DNA from: Asterias rubens
Taxonomy: Eukaryota
NCBI RefSeq assembly: GCF_902459465.1
Contig: NC_047070.1
Span: forward strand, 19,406,001 to 19,470,000
Direction: 5' to 3'
DNA: 64,000 bases
A model generated the notes under the pieces. It was not told the origin of the DNA, ran no database searches, and was given only the letters and a program-made list of their open reading frames with translations. Shown here one piece after another: positions 25,479 to 37,933 of the stretch. The first letter of the stretch is position 1. Each line of letters starts with the position of its first letter. A program made the position numbers and the translations under genes.

Positions 25479-25849
25479 TTAAAGGCAGTGGACAATATTG
25501 GTAATTACTCAAAATAATTATTAGCTTAAAACCTTACTTGGTAACGAGTAATGGGTAGAAGTTGATAGTAAAAAACATTGTGAGAACGGCTCCCTCTGAA
25601 GTAACGTAGTTTTCGAGAAAGAAGTCTTTTTCCGAGACTTTGATTTCGCGAGCTCAGAATTAGAAGTTGAGGTCTCGAAATCAAGCATCTGAAAGCACAC
25701 AACTCCGTGTCACAAGGGTGTGTTTTCTTTCAGTATTATCACGCAACTTCCGACGACCGAATGAGCTCAAATTTTCACAGGTTTGTTATTTTACACCAAG
25801 TGATAAGACTGGTCTTTGACGATTACAAAAAGCGTCCAAGTGTCTTTAA
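25479..25849 (+). mobile_element. MITE family 1 copy
   Basis: TTAA-AGGCAGTGGAC left TIR; degraded right TIR ending gtctttaa. Confidence 0.9.
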
Positions 25850-28098
25850 ATCAGAGTCTCTCATTTTATGATAATCAGAATCTGGCGTCAACGTTCTCCC
25901 TTACTATACTTAGCATGCAGCGGAGGAGCACATATTTAATGCTTTTAAAGTTCTACAACCACACAACAAAGTGCTTGCAGCTCAGCATTTGAATCGAAGC
26001 TTATTTTGGGTATTATAATTTCAATTATTTATGAAAAAACACAAATAAAAGGGTAAAATAAATAATTCTCAAGCCGGCAGTTTATTAACTAGTTTATCGT
26101 TAATGCGCAGCAAGGATGGGAAAGGGTATGTTTTATAGATGTTCGATGGACTAATAAATTGTACCTTTACTAAGTTCAACTTGCTAATGAATGAGTTATG
26201 GATGTCTAATGGATGGATAACATATGTTTTAGGTTGTATCATAAATCTTGTACAAGTAATATGCAGCTACAAGAAAGATGTTGCAGTATGTTGCTGCTTT
26301 AATGTCTCGTAAATTTAGGCTATGTTTCAGCTACAATGTATGGTGGCAAATATGAAAATAAATAGTGTTGGGGATAAATTTATAAAAATAATGTAATAGA
26401 AAAACAATCTATAATGGTTTAACAATGAAACACCAGCATTCGTGACTAAAAATCTGAAAAAGAGAAGGGCTGAGTTCAAAATTGAAATATAACAAATATA
26501 AACTGGATTATGATAAGTATTCAGTTGAAATGTTAGTAATAACTCTAAAACCAAGACAAGAACCGATATAGATAATCAATGTACTTTTAATGACTGAATG
26601 CAATTTGGTTGTTTGAAAGCAAACAAAAACCCCAAATCTACCGATTAATAACTTTACTTAGAATGGAAAAACCATTAAAATCAATGAATTTTAAAGTCGT
26701 GAAAGCCAGTGATTACAAAACGAAAATGCTATAACGATGGACAAAGAACCAAAGCATGTAGGAAAATGAAGAATAAGTTGGCAAAGATGTATTTTGGATT
26801 CGGGGAGAATGGGAATAGGGAATGGCAAGCAGCGGTGGGTTATATGAGCAGGATTGGAGTAATGCTTAAAGGCGTTCTGGACAACAGAACAAGAAAGTGG
26901 GAGATAAAGCGACTGGCAATTGGAATGGTAAAATCTGTGTTATGATATAGGGCCTTACCGCCTTCAGATGTAGTGGTGTGGTCATCTTTATCTGAATGGG
27001 CGAACCGACATAATATTACACATTACTTCAATAGTGTTGCCTTTAAAGTAAACATACTCAAGTAAGCAATCAGTTGATCAGGAAATTGTGGTTCTCAAAA
27101 AAAAATAATGATCCGCGTGTATTGCCATGTTTCATTTCATGTTTGAATTGTAAGAAGAAAAGAACATCCGAAGCACTTTTCTTTTGAAATGTTTTTGATA
27201 ACTGTTAAAACACAAAATAAGAGGGACAAAACATCAAACAGATCAGAAAGACCACCAGGTCACGTGTGAGGTGACGTCATCGAATAAGGATCTCGCAAGA
27301 CACAAACATGTACTGACTATACACTTGGGATCTTCTTAGTTGAAACGTGCAGCGTAACACTACGGGGTAATAAAGTAAGTAAACTCAACAGCTATTTCAT
27401 TTTCCCTTAACAAAAATAGCAACTATTTATAGTGCAATGTTTGCAGGCACGTGCATTGAGTGCAGACAAACTAAGGGTATTTTAAGCGCCACGGTGGATC
27501 CATTAGGAACAAAATACAGTTTGGCCATTATTGTCACTTACTTTGCATATTCAGAAGCATGATTAATATGTACATAAATTATGCAAATAAAGGCAGTTCC
27601 TGCGAAACACCGTATTCGATCCCGCTCCTCATTGTTTGAAGATAAGTCTTTTGAATGTCAACCTCTGACCTTCGTTTGTTATCAAGGTCCAATTTGATAA
27701 TAACTTTGAATTCAAAACAGTTCGCTCCCGATATTCAATCTCTGCAGTGACGTCATTGCAAAAGATTGATTGAAAACCTAAAGTTGAAGTACCATGTATG
27801 GTACTACCCTACATCAAGTATTCATAGTAACGTAATAAATGATTAATGATTATTGCAAATAATTGTTTGTAATAGCATGGTGGGAGTACGAGGCCTTGCG
27901 GTTATAGATGAAAGGCAGACACCTCATAGAACTTGTAATGTTAAAAGAAATTGGGGTAATGTGTCTACATATGGATGACCATGCATTACCTAAACATTGC
28001 TACTATCCATGTTCATGCGATATTCGAATTATTCCCTTAATTAATGTCTCTTATAAATGAACGTCTTAGTGGGGATAATACGAAAGTGTTCCTCTTAC

Positions 28099-28298
28099 CA
28101 GCCCCAACGACGACAACTTCTGTTGCATCATGCTGCCACAAACCAAACTTGAGTGTACACGTTTGCTTATCAAAGGGAAATGTGGTGATGTCAATTTTAC
28201 AGTAGGTAGTGAAGATTTGGGGGCAACCCCAATTGATAGACCCGTCGTAACTGATGACTGCTGTCTGACCCTTCAGAAAATTGGCGTATTTGTCGGCA
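28099..28298 (-). CDS. Gene B exon 5 (Cys-loop), ...YCKIDITTFPFDKQTCTLKFGLWQHD...
   Basis: Acceptor cttcgcag, donor gtaaga. Cys-x13-Cys with FPFD; 200 nt, phases 2 and 1. Absent from the ORF track. Confidence 0.96.
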
Positions 28299-28685
28299 CT
28301 GCGAAGAAAAACAAGAAGAGGATTATTAATATTTCAAAATTATTAGATACTCTGTCTTGATTTTAGTAAACCAATATGTATAACTATTTTCTTAAGCTGC
28401 GCCACGCATCTGAGATCTTGTCTTTGTACCACACACATTCAAGTATCTTCTCAAAACTTATCTTATGTCGCAGAGTTTCAAGGACTAATTGTGTTGTGTC
28501 TGTTTTCTTTCGTTTCATTTTTCGGCTTTACTACGCCTTGAACACCCAGTCTTTATTATTATTATTATTATTTCATTTTATCACAGCATGCAAAAGAAAG
28601 ATCTCATTTTCCTTTGTGCCGGTAACTCCTCGAGTCGGGCTACGTCCCGTAACCTTAGATCTCAAGGGTCTTTCTCAGGATCCTC

Positions 28686-28740
28686 GCTATTATTATTATT
28701 ATTATTATTATTATCATTATTATTATTATTATTATTTATT
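28686..28740. repeat. (TAT)n microsatellite
   Basis: About 17 ATT/TAT units with one interruption. Confidence 0.95.
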
Positions 28741-30473
28741 AGTTATAATCAATTTTAAGACATTGCTCATGATTGTCGAGTGGTTGCCTATAGATTCCTA
28801 ACTGAAGTGAGACTCCCTGATTGACTACAGCCAAGCGAAATACAAGAATTTCATGTTCTGTGTCTCTGAGGATAGCAGCGGGCCACCCATTGCCGCCCTT
28901 AACAAGCCCTCAGCTGCCTCTCGAGTCTTGAGAAACCTACGCCAGTCGATGATTTCATCGACAGCATCTCATATCAGTTTAAATATTAACTTGGCGTTTG
29001 AGCGTACTTGTCCACGTAGTAGGATCAATTATCATAATCTGAGTGGCAATCAAATCCTCTGGATTCACCTGCAGACATTGCTTGATATAGTTCAACTACA
29101 GGTGCTAGATGAACAAAGATATCCCTATAATAACACGCTTCATATCAGAGCTAGATATATTCGGCTAGACGCAGAACCGTTTGAATGAGCCGCACTGATT
29201 ATTTATAACTACATAGTTCCTCACACTCTTCTACCTTTCTGTATTCCAATTTGACGCTGTTCTTGTTAGGGTCAAAGAATTACTAAACCCATATACAAAC
29301 AAGTCATTAATAAAGTAATTCAAGCAGTACTTAGGTACCACTAGAGTCGAGTAATGCGGTAATTCATAACAATTCCTCGGCGTCTATTTAGAATCCACAG
29401 AGCCAACGAATCGGAATTCAAGCTTCCAATAATCGCATGACAGACATCCAGACACTAATGGTAAAAAACACTCCCTACCGGAACCCAACATCCCTAATAA
29501 CAATCATCGTGACGTGGGACTCTGCGTCACAGGAACCAGCCTATATGGGTCAACAATGCCTCGCTTTGAATTATACACCGCTCTTTTACAAGTGTGTTCA
29601 TGCAAGTTCAATGAGAGACTTCCTGACTGCTGTAAGAGTAAGTCATTGCAAAAGAACAAATACTTCCAAACTGTTAAAAAAAAATGGAGTATTGATTAAA
29701 CATCAGATGTTGATATCTGCCCAGGTGTATGTCCTTAATGAAATTCTTATCTCTGATTCAACTTGCCGTAGTGTCATTGATTAAAGTAACTGTGTACATC
29801 ACCAAGGTGGTGCCTGTCGCAGAAATGGCACCAATAGTATAAAGGATTTCACATAAATGCAAAATGTACAAGTATAAACCTTAACATTAGTCATAAGTAA
29901 TTGAACATACACAGAGTAAATTGTTGATCAATATTTGCTGATATGGATGATGTTCTATACATTAGCAATCATTTTGATCAAACAATGTTCATTCATTCAT
30001 TGGAATAATCACACACACTATCGGCATTCTGGTTCCTGCCGTATATTATTTGACATTAATCTATGAATAATGCATTCTTGAAACGCAGTAATTGCATTCT
30101 GGCTACTATTGACAATTGCTGCAATGTAATTGTACCTGAGTGGCAATCACAGACGAGACAGGTACCCAATTAAGCAGAAATCCTCAAGAAATCTGACGTC
30201 AACGTCATTATGAAGATTCCGGTATGGAGGTGTTTTGCTCATAACAGAAGCAAATGGATCAAATAACATACCTAATTAGCGTCTGAATTCATTAGCACGT
30301 TGTTTTGCTCATAACCAATCTTATAATTTCTTAAAGAATGTTTTAATTACTCTTTTATCACAGTCATTTAATTTGTTTTATTGCTCATTTCAAGTATAAC
30401 CTTGTTCTCATGTGTTGATACAAATGAGAAGAAGGTTGAAATGAGAACAACTAATTAAAACGAATTGACGTTA

Positions 30474-30826
30474 TTAAAGACACTGGACACTATTGGTAAC
30501 TGTCAAAGACCAGCCTTCTCACTTGTTGTATCTCAACAAAATACTTATCCTGTGAAAATTGAGAGTTGCGACATAACTATTAAAGAAAAACACCCTTGTC
30601 ACACGAAGTTGTGTGCTTTCAGATGCTTGATTTCGAGATCTCATATTCAAAATCTGAAGTCTCGAAATAAAATTCGTCGAATATTACTTCTTTCTCGAAA
30701 ACTAAGTCACTTCGTTTCTCACAATGTTTTATACCATCAACCTCTCCCCATTACTCGTTACCAAGTGAGGTTTTATGCTAATAATTATTTTGAGTAATTA
30801 CCAATATAGTGTCCACTGCCTTTCAA
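30474..30826 (-). mobile_element. MITE family 1 copy
   Basis: ttaaagacactggacactattggtaac ... accaatatagtgtccactgccttt. Confidence 0.9.
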
Positions 30827-33264
30827 ATGTTGTCTTTCTCATTTTGGTATTAGTTTATTAGTAGCATCTGTTCCTGGACTGTAAGAGGAGAACATATGCG
30901 TGCCTACATTTGTACCTTTTAACGGTTAGCATAGAAACTTTAGACTAGTCTAGAAATGCATTTGACCGTTACATGACTGTAATATTCCATTCTTCCTAAA
31001 ACTGATACCCCGTCAATAGCACGCAACTTGTTCATACTATAGCAGTTTGTCCCAATCACAACTGATAGATCCAAAAATGTTTTATAGACATATTTCAGCA
31101 GATCACTTCCTGATCTGAAATTGTCCCCGTGGGCCAAATAATAATTCCCATCCCTGAATTATGTTTTAATCTTAGCTACTTGTACCTGAGAACAAAACAT
31201 TGATTCCGGTTTACAGATATATTATTTTCTCCACAGGCGGTAGATAACTGTAATACACTTCCTGTATAATACGTGTAGGTTAATTATAAAACGAATTAAT
31301 CAAAAAGCGATTGGTTTGTCTGATAACCATTTCATACAGGAACGATAGTTTCAAAAAAGTGTTCGAAAGATCAGAACACAAAGCAACCTGATATTCTAAA
31401 AGAACAGTTAGTCGAACGAGGCAGTGAGGCATACAATTTATACCTTTCGGTATCATGTCTGGAATGGTTTTGGGGAATCAAAATACGAAGTATTAAGATG
31501 AATCCTAAAATCAACAATGAATTATTAATGTAAGTACAACAAAAAATTGTTAGGATTGCTAGACCGACAAATTTCAGAAATGAGTTAAGGTAATTGGCAC
31601 CGTAAAAGCAAGTCCATTTATATTGGAGATCGGCAATCGGCGTATCTCTGGGGAGAGTGTGCATGCACTTTATTATCATTTTCTGGCGGCAGATACTACC
31701 CTTGCAATAAAAACATAAATCGCTTCAAAATCATCACGATTATTGAAAATTTCATCGGCGGCGTTATCTCTAACTCCCGGTTTTCACCTACAGCAAAAAC
31801 AACAGTGAACTGATAATAACATATGAGGACAATGACTCGTACATGAATAAAATTAGTACACTTTACACCAACATCAAGTTGTCACTCCAGAGTGTCTTAT
31901 AATGGTTGACGCAACTGTCAAGATACCCTGTATATTAGTAAAGATCAAACGCATGCTAATATTTCACTTTTATCGACTTTCACATCTTTGTTAAGGGTGG
32001 AACTCTTACAAAAGGTTAATGGTACAAGAGTTACCTGTAGTTGATTTTACTCGTGTGAACATATTTTAATGGAAATACGACAAGCTCAAAGCAATTAAAA
32101 TTCAGCTTGCACTTAGTGCCTACCTCATTGCCTACCGAGACTGCATTTCGGTTAAGACAGTACAGTCATATAGATTGTATAAATCTGTTTGGAGCGTTTT
32201 ATGACTGTTGAATTTGGCTCAATGTTTATACGTCAATAACTAATTCTTAAAATGTTTGTTTGTGTGTTACCAAGCTAACGTTTGATAAAAATACTGTTAG
32301 CTTAAATGGTCCAAGACACTTTAAAATGAGACTTTATAAATAAAACCATAATATCAGCATTCTAATGACGCATAAGTTGCCGTATCTGAAAAGAGGAGCC
32401 CACGTACTTGTTTTACTGAAACACAACGCCGGTATATAGAGCTGAACTCTCCAGTGGTATATTGTTTACTATAATGATATTTCCATTTGCATTGGAGTAT
32501 GAATGCCTATAGACTCACATAAAACTAGTATCCTTCTATTCTGTCTCTATATTCTAAACGTGACCAACATCTGATGATCAGATATTGACAAGCACGAAGC
32601 AAGTTACAGCCTTCGGACTCTAAAGTATGTCCCACCGAAGTGTTAACTTCAAGGAGCTCTGAGCTCTGCTCATTTAAGTGTCACTACCTCGACAACAACC
32701 TCATGGGGAAACAACAACTTTATGAAGAACATAAAGGAACTAGAGAAATGTAACACCTCGACTAATACAGTCATACTTTTAAAACTAAGTCCAATGCGAT
32801 CAAACTGACTATAGATCACGTTCAGAGATACGGTATAAAAGGTTTTCTCGGTCAATTTCGGCAAATGAACAGCCAATTTAACCATAAAGCTATTATATTT
32901 TGCGCGAAATCGAATGCTACTACAAATGGTAATTCGATTTCGTTCTATGATTAGCCAAATGAAATGTTGGGCCATCCGATTTAACAAACAATAATTCAAT
33001 TTAGCAATTCATCAAATCAGCATTCAAATTCGCAGATGCTTCTTAAGGCGTGTGTGTCACGAAAAAGAATGGAGATACGCTAAATTGAACAGAGTGCTAA
33101 AGGAATTTGACTCGACTCAAAACGAAATTGAATGGCCGAATTTTGAATTTGAAACGCTGTAACAACTGGAGAGGTAAAACAGCGTTAAATCGAACGCACG
33201 AACATTTTTATTGCCCCTTTGCCGAGTTTGACCGAGAAAACCTGTATAATAAAAGCGTTTATAC

Positions 33265-33374
33265 TTATTATAAAGCGTGACGTCGGGCATCCATATCGTC
33301 TCAGAAGGAACTTTGATGTTCTTAAGGTTGTTATAATCCTTAGGGTCCCAGGTAAGATACTCATCTTGCCACTT
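33265..33374 (-). CDS. Gene B exon 4 (loop A), KWQDEYLTWDPKDYNNLKNIKVPSETIWMPDVTLYN
   Basis: Acceptor ctgcag, donor gtataa. 110-nt conserved nAChR exon. Confidence 0.95.
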
Positions 33375-33750
33375 CTGCAGAAACAAAAGAGCAATTCAAA
33401 TGACAGACTTGTTGAATTAGTGTGTTGAAATACCGATTATGGAATGCACAACATAATGTGTTAAACAATTAATAATTCAATTTAAAATAGAAATGACAGA
33501 TATACTAGAATCTGTGTTGTCATTATTTCGTTCTGGTTAAGGATGTAGTCGTTCTTTTTGCCATTTGTTTTCACAATGTTGTTGACAATATCACAGTAAC
33601 AACATAAGTGTACGACATTGTTGAGTGTAGGTAGAAATCATTTGAATCCTGACTTCATCTATTGTTAAAATAAAATGAGTATAATTTTTTTTTTCATTTC
33701 TTTTTTAAAGCCACAGTAAATATTTGACATGTGGGTTTGTGATTCACTTA

Positions 33751-33894
33751 TAGAATACTAGCATATAGGCCTACTAGAATACTAGCATATAGGCCTACTA
33801 GAATACTAGCATATAGGCCTACTAGAATACTAGCATATAGGCCTACTAGAATACTAGCATATAGGCCTACTAGAATACTAGCATATAGGCCTAC
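33751..33894. repeat. 24-bp tandem repeat, 6 perfect copies (TAGAATACTAGCATATAGGCCTAC)
   Basis: Exact 24-bp period. Each unit contains the palindrome TAGGCCTA. Confidence 0.97.
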
Positions 33895-35745
33895 TTTAAA
33901 GTACTGCGACATTTTCTACGGTTCCGAGAAAAGTGCAAAAGTTCATCGAGCCAATGTCGTTTTGACTTGGCGCATTGGATGACAATAATGGTTTAGCCAA
34001 CTGTGGGCTTCGTGTTATTAACAGGCTTTGAATACCAGACTGTAAGATGAAAATGTGACTCCTTCATGCCTCATTGACGGGCACCTTTCATGAAACTTCA
34101 GGAGAACATTTGTAATACTGTTACTTTATTTGAGTATCAAACGATAACAAACACCATGACGATTCATAAGCTGTATCAAATTTGTCATCGCTATTGGTCC
34201 CTGTTAGGCTAATGATTACCGCAAAGAGAGTTAAACGTGTTAACATTATGCATTTTCGTTATTAATTTTGAAAGAAAAGTATTTCCCAAGGTGACTTGCA
34301 TTTGTACATTTAAAAAAAAAAAGAAGATTTTTATTAACATCTATAAATTATGTTGAAGTTCAATTATTACCCATTAACCGTAATTTTGTTTATTTAACCG
34401 CTTTTAGATAGCAATCCCTTAAATATACACGTGAGAGAAAACAATGTTCCCTTGTGTTTGAAACGCGGGTATCTTAAATTTGATAAATTAACACTTAATG
34501 TTATTTCCAACAGTTTAATTATAGTATGTTTTTGAAAAGCAGTTGAGTAGGCTACGCCTATGTTAGTCTCTTGCTCCACTTATGACGCGTGCGTTCATCG
34601 AGACTTTGAAAGGAGCGCCAAAGGCTTAACGACCGATGTATAATGCTTTGAAACTTGGTAATCAGTGCCATCGGTAGTCCGCAGACAATGTTGAAACAGC
34701 TGCATGGTTATAAAGACGGCAGGTCACTAGACGGCTGTTACCTGGTTGATTTGTTGTTAGCTTGTATCTCTCTCATGCTAACTGGAATCTCTTTTTGAGC
34801 ATCTCCAGACGGCTGTTATATGTACGATTTGATGCTAGTGCCTCTGTCTGCCCGAGAACTGTAGTCTCAACTTGTTACTTTATATCCCAACAGGTGAAAT
34901 CAATATGTTTTCTTCTTAAGAGAGAGATTGCTTTTGACTGTTTAAAGTAACAGAGAAAAATTACTCAGGTGGGAGCCAATCGAAGAAGGGGGGCAACGAT
35001 GTCAAATAACCGACTGAAAACCGTATATTTTTGGAAGCAATTACACCTGAAAGCGAGCTCGGGTTTCAAGATAATTTTCCAAATGTTTTGCAATCGTATT
35101 CGATGAAGCATCTTTGAGAAATGACGAGAAAAACTTAATAAATATTGAGCGAAGACCATCATCTGTCGTCGGGTTCTTAAACCCCTTTGAGCAAAATACT
35201 CCTGCACAACAATTATCTGTATATAACTTAAAGATTAACGAACTCCTTCAACCTGGTTGAATCTAGCCCCTTTTCATCATGAATCGAAGACTGAGGGGGC
35301 AGGTGTTGCCCACTAGGCCCACTCTGTTCCCCACCAAGCCCTAAATGGGTAAGGTAGAGAACCTTTCAGCATAGGGGATAATGGTGCTGAATCTTGGCTC
35401 GCATAATGCTGACATGATTATTATCGCATGGAAATAAACCTGAACCAAATCTGATGGTTTATTGACGTTTGCCCTTATACTGCCCATCTGGTCATATTTC
35501 AGGCAAGTGTTGAAGTTTCTAAACAAGTTTAACATGTCACATTATAATAAATCTTTAAAATAATAAAGAGTAACATTTCCTGGAAGGAGTATTTTAACCC
35601 ACCGCTTTCAGCTAATATTTGTTCCTCATGTCTAGATTAAACACGGCTATGTAATTGATGTTGGTGTCAGAATGATGGAACAAATCAACAGTATGTTTGT
35701 TCTCTTGATTTGTATATACTTAACAGAACATCACATGAAGCTTAC

Positions 35746-35790
35746 CAAAGTCAGCCATACATTTGTCTTCAATGTCTGTTTCCGCTCATC
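35746..35790 (-). CDS. Gene B exon 3 (loop D), DERKQTLKTNVWLTL
   Basis: Acceptor ttttcag, donor gtaagc. 45 nt; 9 of 15 residues identical to the gene A equivalent. Confidence 0.94.
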
Positions 35791-36180
35791 CTGAAAAACA
35801 AAATCACAAATGATTAATTATAGAAACAGGTGAGACAATTCCCTCGATGTATCAGATGTCATCTCTAACAGAGATATGCGTCAGTTCGACATATAATAAA
35901 TATATTTATTCTGTTTCAATTCTGTTCCCAAGTTACTCTCGTTAATTATGAATGAGGTTACTAAACCCACGTATGTATCTTAATGAATTCGCCATTTGGG
36001 ACAATCCTATAGGGACTACACGGGTTCACCTTTAATACGTGATATAAATAAACAGTGTTGAACATGAAAGTCTAACATTCAACTGGAATACAACGTGGGT
36101 ATGGAAAGGTTATGGTTGGGGGTGATGTTCACTTGTCAAACCGACACCAGACCTGGAAATACTTATAATTGATAATCACT

Positions 36181-36540
36181 TTAAAGGGTCTATGTAACTT
36201 TTGTAGGACAAAAAACACAATGTCTACAGATTTACACTAAACTTACACAGTTTGAAGATAATGATAGTAGAAAGCTTCCATGAAAATATTACGTGCTTAG
36301 GTGCTGTAGTTTTGGGGAAATGAGTAAAACAATGTCATGAAAATAATTTTCGTCTTATGAGACGAAAATTATTTTAATCATCTACAAACATATTTTCATG
36401 ACATTGTTTTACTCATTTCTCAAAAATTACAGCACCTCAGTAAGTAATATTTGAAGGGAAGCTTTCTACTATCATTATCTTCAAACCCTGTAAGTTTAAT
36501 GTTCATGGACATTTTGAAAAAGTACCCACAAATCCTTTAA
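36181..36540. mobile_element. MITE family 2 copy
   Basis: TTAA at both ends (ttaaagggtctatgtaac...aatcctttaa); colinear with 7299-7662. Confidence 0.9.
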
Positions 36541-37565
36541 ATTTGAAAAGCATTCAAGGCACTAATCAGGTATCTCGTCGTCACATTAGTCCTTCAATCA
36601 GTCCTTCTAGAGAAACATTATTCAGGTTGTACCCAAATTAACGAACCGTTTACGACTGGATATTGTCGGATATAATGATTTGACACTTATTAATAATATT
36701 TAATTTCGTATTCCTATGCACAGCATATCAAGGTTGATGTGCAGAAGTCTACAATCTGATGTGTTATTATTGAATATGAAATATTTTGGATCATCACAAA
36801 AATATAGCTAGCTATTAAATTCTGGACACAACTGGGCATGTAATTTTCATACACAACAAAAACAAAATTGGACCCGAAAACTTTGTTAAAGCAAACCAGA
36901 ACTGCACCAATTAATAACATGTAAAGTGAGAATGGGTGTAAAATGCAATTTGTTTTTTGTCACTCCGCCCACATATTGTTAACGTTATACTAGATGTTTG
37001 ACATTTCGCCCCCTTTTGCATAAACATATGTAATTAACGTAGCTCCCAATCCCAGGAGGGTGTCACATTACGTGTAAGGAATTTGATTGTTCATATATGA
37101 ATATATGGATTATCAACAAAATCCAGATCAAATATTTTGAAATTTTCTCTGAAATAAGACAAACCTATGGAATATTTTGCGAGAGAGGAAGTTATTTTAT
37201 TTTATTCTTTTCTTCTATTTAAAGAAGACTTACATCAATTCGGAGATGCTGGATTTATGTCCTTGTTACCCACTGTAATACGCAAATATTATACTACGTG
37301 ATATATTCGTTTTGCATGAATTAATGCCGTAAATTGCTTCATGACACCTGACTTAAATGTATTCGTATTCAGAACTGTATATCCTCCCCATGAGTTACTG
37401 AGTCTTTAACGGCATAAAGTCTGCCATTAAACACACTATTCAGACAGATTGCTCATCTTGGAATGTTAGAAATTCAAACCGAGCCATTGTTTGTGTCTCC
37501 TTGTTTTATATTCTGACAACAAATTGTATGGTGATGAGATATATACGTACAAACAAAATGAAAGG

Positions 37566-37933
37566 TTAAAGACAATGGACACTATTGGTAATTGTCAAAG
37601 ACCAGTCTTCTCGCTTGGTGTATCTCAACATATGCATCAAATAACAAACATGTGAAGATATGACCTCAATCGGTTGTCGAAGTTGCGAGATAATAATGAA
37701 AGAAGAAAAACCCCACTGTCACACGACGTTGTGTGCTTTCCGTATGCTTGATTTCGAGACCTCAAACTCTAAATCTGAGGTCTCTAAATCAAATTGAAAA
37801 CTACGTCACTTCAGAGGGAGCCATTTCTCACAATGTTTTATAATATTCACCTCTCCACATTACTCGTGACCAAGTATGCTTTTTAGGCTAGTAATTGTTT
37901 TTAGTAGTTACCAATAGTGTCCACTGCCTTTAA
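37566..37933 (-). mobile_element. MITE family 1 copy
   Basis: ttaaagacaatggacactattggtaatt ... ttaccaatagtgtccactgcctttaa. Confidence 0.92.

Noticed and set aside
28800-29700. GC-richer segment with protein-like stretches on the minus strand (DAVDEIIDWRRFLKTREAAEGLLRAA...)
   Set aside because: Interrupted by stops, and no motif was recognised. A translated search against TE libraries would be needed.
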